A stretch of DNA of 63,920 nt from Lama glama (Eukaryota). Of the stretch, positions 54,243 to 63,920 are shown piece after piece (within the stretch, counting starts at the first letter, position 1; each line of letters opens with the position of its first letter). A program made the translations under genes and the position numbers. The stretch is from NCBI GenBank assembly GCA_028534125.1, contig CM052816.1, forward strand, positions 84,818,001-84,881,920, written 5' to 3'. The notes under the pieces were generated by a model, which did no database searches, had not been told where the DNA came from, and saw only the letters and a program-made list of their open reading frames with translations.

Positions 54243-55195
54243 AACAGGAAGCAATATGAAAACTAATCTTTATTTTTCTCCATAATGAGAAAAAATTTAA
54301 GGTATTAAATGGTCAACTTGCTATAGTAGATTTTCAACCAATTTAATATATAGGAAAGTAAGCATATGTTAAGATTACAGAAAAATTTTTAGTATGTAAC
54401 ATGGATTAAAAAGTTCTCAATAACAAATATACTAATATGATATATCAGATGATACACTAGTAAGTATATAACTGTATAATGCATTAATAAGTTACTATTT
54501 CTATTATGCTAGGTGACATGTATTGTGCTGAAATTTAAATGTATTTTCTCCTTTAAATATAACTGTAATCTATGAAGAAAGACATTATCCATCTTTTATC
54601 TTTTCTCTTTGGCTTGAATTCTAAATTGTTTGGTGGCTAAAACAGACTTCACTTAAGTTGTACATTGCCTGCTGCCTTCAACCAAATCGAGTGTAAATCT
54701 ATGGTGATTCATAGAAAGTAGATTTATTTTTCCCATGCAATGAACCGTGATCATTTATTTCTCATGCAGCTTTAACTACTTGTGCTTTCTTACCTTCACT
54801 GAGGCTTTAGCTTTGCGGCTACTTTTGTTTCTGTATTTATTGCTTTGCTTCTGTCCCCTTGTCATTTTTCCCTACCCCTACTCTACCTCCAATTCAGAGA
54901 CAGAATATATTTAACTACAAGTGCTTTTCTTTCTTAATTTGGCTTGCATTTTGGGGAGATGATTCAGTGATTTGTAACAGAAGAGTGGCTTTTCTAACAT
55001 GAGAAACTCCTTAGATGAGGAGTGAATAAAAATTGGTCAATAGATGCAGAGACAATTTTAGAAACTCTTCCCTTCTGTTCCATCTCTCCCAACTTTCATT
55101 TTCTAATTGACTGGAAATGGGCCTTATGGGGAGTCAAATAATACTAAGGTCACAATTCATTAAAAAGAGATAAATAGAACAAGGAGACATGGTAC

Positions 55196-55784
55196 TGTTG
55201 GGGGAGAATAGGTTCTTGTCCCGTGAAGCAAAGAATTCAAGAGCAAGGCATGGTAAAGTGAAAGCAAATTTATTTAGAGAGATACACACTCCGTAGACAG
55301 AGCCCAGTCTGTCTCGGAAGGAAACACAGCTTAGGAGATCACACTCCATAGGCAGAACGTGGGCCATCCAAGAAAGGTGAGAAGGAGAGAAGCTGAGAGG
55401 TGTGGGGTGTTTAGTTTAAAGTAAAAGTAGATAGATGCACACTCCAAGACAGAGTGCAGGCCATCTCAGAAGGCAAGACAGAGAGTGACCACGAGGTGCG
55501 GAGCTGTTAGGTTTTATGGGCTTGGTAATTTCATATGCTAATGAGGAGGAGGATTATTCCAATTACTTTGGGGAAGGGGCAAGGATTTTAAGGAAATGCA
55601 CCCCCTGCCCACTTTTGGACCTTTTATGGTCGGCCTAGGAACTGTCATGGCACCTGTGGGTGTGTCATGAAGCTCAAGGTCTATTTGAATCTTCTACCAT
55701 CTTGGTTCTAACCGGTTTGTCCTGTCCTCAGTTGCTGTGTCATTCCTTCAGTGGTTGTGCCCTGTCCCCTTTCCTCCCGCTTCA
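55196..55784 (-). mobile_element. ERV1-class solo LTR, antisense in the intron
   Basis: TG...CA termini with a perfect 4-bp TSD GTAC (55192-55195 and 55785-55788). Minus-strand AATAAA at 55269-55274. 589 bp. Confidence 0.92.
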
Positions 55785-57414
55785 GTACTACTGACAAGTG
55801 AGTTTGACTCTAAGTCCAGGAACATAGTCCTGCATGTATACAGCTGCATGAAGATTTTGGAGAATCATTAAGAAAAATTGGGAGTTGAAAATCTAAAGCT
55901 TTCCTCGGATAGTTAATACTCATAAGGTGTGTATGGGAGAGACAAATTGGTAGTGTTTTGATATTGACTGCTCAGCCTTGGGAATCCCAAAATAGATACA
56001 TACAAAATTTTCACATTAAGAAGCTGATTTTTGTGTCCCATTTTCATGTGGTAGAAATGACAGTATCAGGAAAAAAGATCTTCAGATTATTTGTAGTAAG
56101 TAATTAATTCATCTGTTGACTGATTATTTCATTTTCTTACCTTTGAATTTACTCATTATTGAACACCTGCTACGTCCTAGGCTCTGTGGTGGTGGAACTT
56201 GTGCTGGGAAGGCCTTCCCATGGAAACCACTCTTGTTTCCAGTTGTTAGAGATTCTCCTCTTGCCATTAGTGACAACATGTATCTATTTAGAACTTCTCT
56301 TTTTATTTTGTTTTAGTTTTGCTTGGTACTAATTATTTCACCCCTATCTAATAGTGGTCAAAGAAAAGCATCCAAAGAAAACCTTGTCTAGCCTATACTT
56401 TCTCTTCAGTATAAACCTCTCCCATTACTTCAATTTTAAAATAAGTGACACTTTACAGACTGCCCCACCATTCTAGTTGCTTTGTGTGAATCGAACCCTT
56501 GTTTGATATTGTCCCTAAGGTTGAAATCAACAATCCCAATATGAAACAGGGAGCACATAATAAGTGGGACTGTAACTCCCTGTTAAAAACCACTTTTCTA
56601 ATTAATCCAAAATCATGTTTCTATTCCAACTCACTGCTTCCAAAAGGTGTACATAGAAAAAAAATGTCTTTGTGATTTGTAATTCTGTCTTATAAGATAA
56701 AATGGCAGATCCTGAGATTATAAGCTTGTCACATCTTACATTGTGTTTTTACTATCCAGTCTTTCAAACACTTATAAAAACCTTAATATCTCTTTGCTAT
56801 ATTATTATAGTAACCTTCTAATTGCTCACCTAGCCAACAACTGAACTACTGGTACATTCTACAAAGTATAATTTTGTAAATTAAGGCTCTAAATAACCTT
56901 TTCTCACCTTACCCAAAACCCACACTCCATCACATCTAGAAATGTGTCAGTACTTCTCAGCCTTGGATCCCAGTCTTCAGCAATTGTTTTTTATCTTATA
57001 TTTTAATTTTTTTCTGCTAAATTCGGAATCATAAAAATATAGCCACAACCTTAAAGGGCTCAAAGTATAGATTTCAAGTGATCAAAACTATCCTGAAATC
57101 CTTACAGAAATATTGTATTTATGATTTATTGTGAGTTCCCTGGAATAAAGGCCAAAACTTTCATGATATTTATAGAGTTTTTGTATCACCCCAAAAAGAC
57201 AGAGACTGCTTAACAGTTTGTAAGTTAAAATATTTATGCTTAACAATACAACTTTATCAAAATAGTAGTAAAAATACACTAGGTTGGTGATGTCAGTAGA
57301 CATACAGTCTCTTCCCAGCTCCATTTACTAGTTCTGTCTTGTTGGTAGGTTATCTTAATTTTTGGGTGCAAATGGTCTTATATATAATAAAATGCAATAA
57401 ATGATAAGTTTAGA

Positions 57415-57610
57415 TACAGGTAATATTTCATGGTGGTAAGGGCAAGCACAGTCCTGGAGTGAGACATTCAACGTATAAAAACTAGTTTTACTATATACTT
57501 CATGTATGAGTTTGAGAAAGTCTTTTAATGTTTCAGAGTTCTAAGAGCTTCCTGAGTAAAATAAGGATATTAGCAGTGTCTGCATTACAATGTATTACAA
57601 AGAGACACCA
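57415..57610 (+). mobile_element. Degraded MIR
   Basis: GTGGTAAGGGCAAGCACAGTCCTGGAGTGAGAC...GTAAAATAAGGATATTAGCAGT. Confidence 0.55.
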
Positions 57611-57629
57611 TTGATCCTATAATAACTAC

Positions 57630-57631
<2 letters not shown>

Positions 57632-57688
<57 letters not shown>
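57632..57688. repeat. Perfect (TTA)19 microsatellite
   Basis: Read directly from the sequence. Confidence 0.95.
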
Positions 57689-57689
<1 letters not shown>

Positions 57690-58419
57690 GAATGGTATTG
57701 CTTAGGTTCATTATACCTAAGCAAAGTGTACTGAAACTTTCCATATAGGAAAGCATGAGAGAGACCTAGCTTAATTTGATGACTTCCTGCATTGTTCTTG
57801 AAATTAGGTAACATAAATCTGGAAGTCAGTTACAATGCTATGAATATAAATATTCATATATGTCATGTGGTTCCTTAAGCTGACATAGCATACAATGAAA
57901 ACATTTTATATTTTGAACAGTTTTGTGTTGTGAATCTATACCATATTGAAATAAATAGAGAATATTTACTATCATAGATACAATACTATAAAGTTTATTG
58001 CTTTAAGTTAGAGTGAGTACATTACACATGGATATTGGAGATATGAAGGAGTTATGAAAGTCTTTTAAATCAATGGCAGTAAAATTTCATAGTGTCTCAT
58101 ATCATCACATATTTTAATGCCAGGTATTTAGCTTTCCTTTTCTATCATTTTTACGGCTTTCTCCCCTTTGTTCTTTGAATTACACTAATGACTACAAAGT
58201 GAATGACATTCTTGACCTTAAAATGAATAGAGCTTGTAAAAATGGTTTATTTCTATAAGAATTTTACTATGGTTTGAAAATATAATTCAAACAAAAATGG
58301 TAATAATGATTGCATGCTTGTGAGTAACACTCACTGAAATTAACTTGGAAGTTATATTTGTGGTGAATGTTGTTGATTTGCTGGTTTATTCCTAATCTGT
58401 GTATAATAAAATATAGAAA

Positions 58420-58770
58420 CCACATTGTTATATTTACTTAGTATTTACTATGCATATAGCATTTTTCTGGGTGCTAAGATCATAGCAGGGAACATGATGC
58501 AAAGACTTTCTAATCACAAGATGGTACTTTCTCAGGGAGTAATAAAAGTAGTTAATAAGATAAATATGGTATTGATGAATGCTAAGAAAATAAGTGGTGG
58601 AGTAGAAGGTTACTGAAGGTGTGAGTGGAACTTTATCAAGGTAGTGAGGGAAGTTTTTCTAAGAAAGTGATATTTGAATTGGTTCTGAATGGAGAGAAGG
58701 AAATGTGAGAAACATCATTTTAGGTAGAAGAAACGGCAGGTTCAAAAGCTCTGGTATGTTAATGAATTTT
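58420..58770 (-). mobile_element. L2 fragment
   Basis: ATTTACTTAGTATTTACTATG...GTGAGGGAAGTTTTTCTAAGAAAGTGATATTTGAATTG. Confidence 0.65.
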
Positions 58771-60249
58771 GCTAATTTTATAATATCCTAATTACAATTA
58801 ATTCAGAAAAACTAGATTGTTATATTATGCTTGCTTAAATACTTAAAAGCTTAGTAATAAAAATGTGAACTGGACATTTTCCATTTTCCACAGTAATATG
58901 AAACTGCATTCTTGCATTTTTTTCTTGCTTCATTAAACAAGTGGTTTTAATATAAATATAATATTCATCTTTGTATGTATACAAAATTAGACTTTTATTA
59001 AATGTTACTGTTTACACAGTGGTAGGAATTTAAGGCAGCTACTAGAGAATATTTAAATATTAACTATGAGTATCCACAATATTTAGTTCTCTAATTTCTC
59101 CTGGTTATGAGCTGAAGACTCACTGAAGCTAAGGCAGGAAAGAGTATCCTATTGCAAGGAGGAATATAGACCTGCATATATCTCTGTATATTTCTGTATT
59201 GTTATCTAATACAATAAGAGACAGTCTTACAACTCAAAGAAAAAAAAAGAAAAAAGAAATCTTTCTCCTTTATCGTGAATGTTGAGGGAGGTTCTACCTT
59301 TAAGGCACGAGGGACAGCAGGATCTGTTCTAGAATTCTCTCAAATGTCTCCAAATGTTGATTTCTTCCTGTGTGATTACATCTTGAACATGATTTCCATA
59401 TTTCTAATAAATTTTCCAAAAGAAGGAGTCTAATTATGTGACTGCAGTTCTTTGCTTCTGAGGATCTGCTGTCCTACAGGTTCCACTCATTACTTTGTCT
59501 GTTATGTCACACCTGGCACTTTTATGGCTTCTCTCTCTTTTTTATAGATTTCCTCTTTTCGACGATCTCTGATTAAATTTTCAGAGATATTTGTATTAGT
59601 CTAACTCTTATTTCTTTGTAGCAGGATCCTAGACAGTCTTTTGGTTGGCATTCAATACTTTCCTAACTGTATCTCAATTAGGTGACCCTAGTCATATTCT
59701 CTTGGGTCCTTGATATACAGTTGATTTGCTGAAAAACTGACCTTTGACCTCATAAGGACTGGTTGGACACCGTCTTTAAAAGCACTTGTTAGCACAGTAC
59801 TCAATGTATATTGATAGGACTATACTGATTGTGCAAAGTAAACAATTATAATGACAATATTCTCACCCAAAATAACATAATATGCTTCTAATTCTATAAA
59901 ATTGTGTTAATTTTGGCTAAAATGTAATTTATAGTTATAAAACAAAAATGAAAATATGTCCAGTTTGGAGTTTTAAGATTACATCATAAAAAGATTTTGG
60001 CTATTTTCAACAAGGAAACACAATAGTCTAAGTGAATCATGGTTTGCTAAAGAATTCTTTCAGTAAGTTCTACATTGCTTAATTATGAAACTGACTCATA
60101 TACCATATTGGAAGGTAAGGTATTTATAATTTTTGATCTGATGCTAACTCTGTATCTCTTAACTCCCTGCTTCTTCCTTTCCCAATGCAAATTTGCCCGC
60201 CCTTCTTTTTAGGCTGCAGAGCAGGGAACAAATCACATTTATTCAATAA

Positions 60250-60460
60250 CTTCAATGGTTAAGAGCTTAGATTCTTGTGCCAGAAACACCAACTCCATCT
60301 CTTACCTCCTGTGGTCTCAGTGAATTTATTTCATTTTCTTAAGATTCAATTTCCTCAAGTAAAAACGTGAATAATTGTAACATTAGGGTTGTTGCAAGAA
60401 TGATTATGAAAATACATGCATTAAGGTGCTTATCATAGTACCCACTTAACAAATATTAAT
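60250..60460 (+). mobile_element. MIR
   Basis: AATGGTTAAGAGCTTAGATTCT...CAATTTCCTCAAGTAAAA...TAGGGTTGTTGCAAGAAT. Confidence 0.65.
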
Positions 60461-63400
60461 TTTGATAACTAATAATATTCACAATGCACAATGAATATCA
60501 ATTTTTCTTATTGTAATTATATTCACAATGTACACAAACTGTCAGTTTCTAATACTGCTTTTAGGAAATTTTACTATGATATTTGGAAAAAGTAGTTATA
60601 ATATTCTGTACATGTTTCAGGAGTTTTCCTTGTGTAGGCTTTTAAAAGCAGGCAGAAAATGAAAAATAATTACACCTCCAAATAACTGATGGAAAATATG
60701 CTTTTGCCCTATGCTAAGATTTTACTTGATTAGGCAATATGTTTTCTCCTAATAAATCTTCACTGGCTTTTAAAAATACTATATAATCAATCATGAATGC
60801 AAAGAGTAGGAGTGACAATAAGAACATATTGGAAAAATTGAAGAACCGTTGCTTAAAATTATGTAAGCAATCATACTTTCAAAAGGCACAGAACACTAAA
60901 AAACACTCCCAAGTATCAGAGTATGAAAAATATGTTTGAAATTTATGGAAAATATGGACCTTAGAAAACCGATTTGTCCAGTTTTCATTATTAATGGAAT
61001 TAGGGCCAAGTTGTCAGAGTGGTTTTTTTAATGCTATTTTTAAATGAAAAAAGTTTATCCTATAAAGTGTGATCTCTCTCGGAAGGAAGATTAAATTAAG
61101 AAATGAATGAGTCAGTACAATCAGAGATTATTAACAGCAAGAATAAATCCAAATGACATTTTTTTTTTAATTGACAGACTTTTTTTTACAGGTAAAGATA
61201 CTAAGACCCTGAAAAATTTGCTTAAACTGATCTTAGAGGAGAAAACCAACAGTAGAATCTAGATCTCCAGGAATAAATTATGTGCTTAAAGAATGTCTTA
61301 TCAATGTAAATTATTATAATTTTGTAAAATAGGTCTTGATTCACACCCTTCACATGTAAAATACCACATTAAGTGTGAATAGCCAAAGATAAAAAATGAC
61401 TACCATTTAATTAACGTCTGTGGTTGGGCCTGGCTTTCCCTCCAGAAAGAGTAAGACGAACCAAGTCAATTCTGCATGTAGAGAAGGAAACACAGAGTAA
61501 TGACAATTGTCTATGCCATTTTCAAGGACTAAACTGAAGTTAACTAATTGTTTCCCAAATTTTACATGGTGGAATTTCATTTCAATCTAGTTTAGTACAG
61601 AGAACAAGTTCAGTAGTTTAGTAAAAAGATCAGAGATAGGAGCTTTCGTATTCATAAACTAGTCTGGGATTTCATTTCTTCATTTTGAAAATAATAGAGA
61701 CAAGAAGATATCTAAGAGCTTTTTCAGTCCTAATGTCAATTGAATTTGTGAAAATAGTTATATTAAACATTTAATTGCTTCTCTAACAAGTTTCCATTTT
61801 GTAGGGAAAAAATAGAACAATGGAAATAATTAAAATACTTGACAGTATCCAAATGCCTGGATATTATGCTCTTATACCTGGTCCTTTGGAAGGCCTTTGC
61901 TGAGATGTGAATCCCTCTGTGGTGGTGTCTACTCCAGTGTTAGAACAATTTCATCTGTTCAATTGACCTTCTCTATATTATTTAAATTTCCTGCATTGAT
62001 ACCAGAATTTCTGTGTATAAAAATATATGAGTTGGAATTTTATTATTGTCACAATATTCAGAAATGTATTAATTTATCATGTTATAGCACCAAGCATTCT
62101 GTGCTATTTCAGGTATTGTGTTGGCATATTCACAACTATTATAACAAATTTAAATATTAATCACCTAAAAGAAATTCATACTTTTCTAAAGAAATAATTC
62201 ATCTTAAATCATTTTTTGTTCAATTAATGCAAATAGTGTAATCTACTCATTTGAGTGAACTTTTGCATATATTTCTGCAGTTATAAAACTGTGCTATATG
62301 TATATATGATTTCTATATTATAGCAAAGATTGCATGAAATGAAACAATTGCTAATACAACTGCTCAATATTTGAGAAAAAGGGAAGTATGTCAGTCTAAG
62401 TTTTAAAGACCAAACTTGGATTCATTTGAAGAATAAATAATTCTAGTATCAAATGAATTCCTAACAAACACAATTTATAAAAGACTAGATTTTTAAAAAG
62501 AGGAATATAGGTTAGTTATGTCTTTGAGACATTATATATTGGAATCTTTTAATAATTTTCTCCTTGGATAGTATGTCAACAAATAATCTCTCAGGCACTT
62601 CAGGTATTAGACCCTTCAGTTAAATCTGGAAGAAATTACTCTCCTTAGCGATGTTTTATCTATAGTGTTATGACAGTAATAAAAGCATGAGTGTATAAGA
62701 TAAATTTTCCAAAATCACAAAAGAGCAACAGCCTCTGTTTCAGTGTAATGTCTTGAGGAAACATAACAACAAAAGTACTTGATAGTCAATTACACATTTT
62801 CCTTTCAAAATCTATTTACATGAAAATTAATTATTTATAGGTAAATTACCTCCTCTACTTGTGATTTCCTACAGGAGTTACAGATTTCTTTCTGATGTTC
62901 TGAAAAAAGAAATTAAACTATTCACTAATTAAATTAACCCCATTGTAAAGTTTTCTTTGGTAACAAACATTTATTTATAATGACACCTCGCCCTAGTCTA
63001 TGGGGAAAATGGGTAGCAGTGATGCTGGATAAACCGCACATATAATATGCATACAGGATCTCTTTGTCAGTGATATTGCTGTTTATGTAAAATATATATA
63101 TTTTGATGTGTACTTTATAGATGCATCGTACTTTACATTACTTTTTGGAGTGTTTATGTACATGGAAACAACATCAATATTCTTAGTTCTAATTACATAA
63201 ATGTAGAGAAAAATGATGTGATTCAGGTTACCTGAGGCTTATGTATTCCTCTCCTTTTATAAGACTCAATTTTAAGAGATTTTACATAATATTCCATCCA
63301 TCTTTTCAATTTTATTTTTATAATTTTATGATGGCTGAAAAAACAATTTTCTTTCAGGGATATATATAATTTTAAGGCCGTAAGTTGAATATTGCCCATA

Positions 63401-63920
63401 ATATCTCAATGTTAATAAGTCAATATCAGACCCAGTTAAATTTACATCTAAACACATTATGCAATTCATATGTGAAATTGATCCAAAATCTTACATTTAT
63501 AAAACCAAACTACTTAGCATAATACTTTAGCTCCCTCTTTTGGTTAGCCCAGATTGCAATATGAAAATATGAGGAAATGCCCTAACATGCTATCATTTCT
63601 ACTGGCAGTTTATAATATTTGAGACAATACTTATTCCATTATTACTGCCTAAATTAATCACTCACATCAGTTTTCTAATAAAAAGAAGTCAAATCTACAC
63701 CTGGACTTTTTTTACTAGTTGAGTGATAAGTTATTGAAACACTTCATTTTATAGTTAAAGATGTATTTTGACACGATATTACTACATATTATTTAAAATA
63801 AATTAGTATTTACTTAATTTTATGAGGATTTAAAAATATGATTTCTCCAAATAAAATACAAGCTTATATATCACCTATATCTATTTCTTAATCTCTATCA
63901 ATATGTGTATCTCCAAATCT

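Larger units (their letters stand above)
46880..63920 (+). other. CDH9: Intron 1 (partial) of putative CDH9
   Basis: Follows the GT donor. No cadherin-like coding exon (signal peptide or KRGWMWNQ-type motif) is seen in the rest of the window. Confidence 0.6.

Noticed and set aside
54045..54254. Poly-tyrosine ORF
   Set aside because: It is the translation of the (TAA)n SINE tail on the minus strand.
55280..55473. Spaced repeats superficially like a CRISPR array
   Set aside because: They are diverged, irregularly spaced units inside a mammalian LTR, with no cas genes and a eukaryotic context.

Overview
AT-rich eutherian genomic DNA, not prokaryotic. Three tRNA-derived SINEs resembling the Vic-1 type point to a camelid (camel, alpaca or llama). 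I find no intact protein-coding region; the recognisable ORF-track hits are decayed L1 or ERV-L fragments, and the rest look like chance ORFs or gap artefacts. The one genic landmark is a + strand promoter and non-coding first exon at about 46.7-46.88 kb. From memory it resembles the 5' UTR of cadherin-9 (CDH9); I have not confirmed this by search. If correct, the window holds about 46 kb of upstream sequence, interrupted by a 500-N assembly gap, and the first 17 kb of intron 1. The remainder is a fossil record of transposons: a decayed ERV-L provirus, solo LTRs, L1s, L2, MIR, hAT elements, SINEs and microsatellites. The most notable observations are a candidate 13-nt neural-type microexon or alternative donor just after exon 1, two uORFs in exon 1, and a 5'-inverted L1 containing a younger L1 with a probable 3' transduction. 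I see no evidence for a novel multi-gene system.
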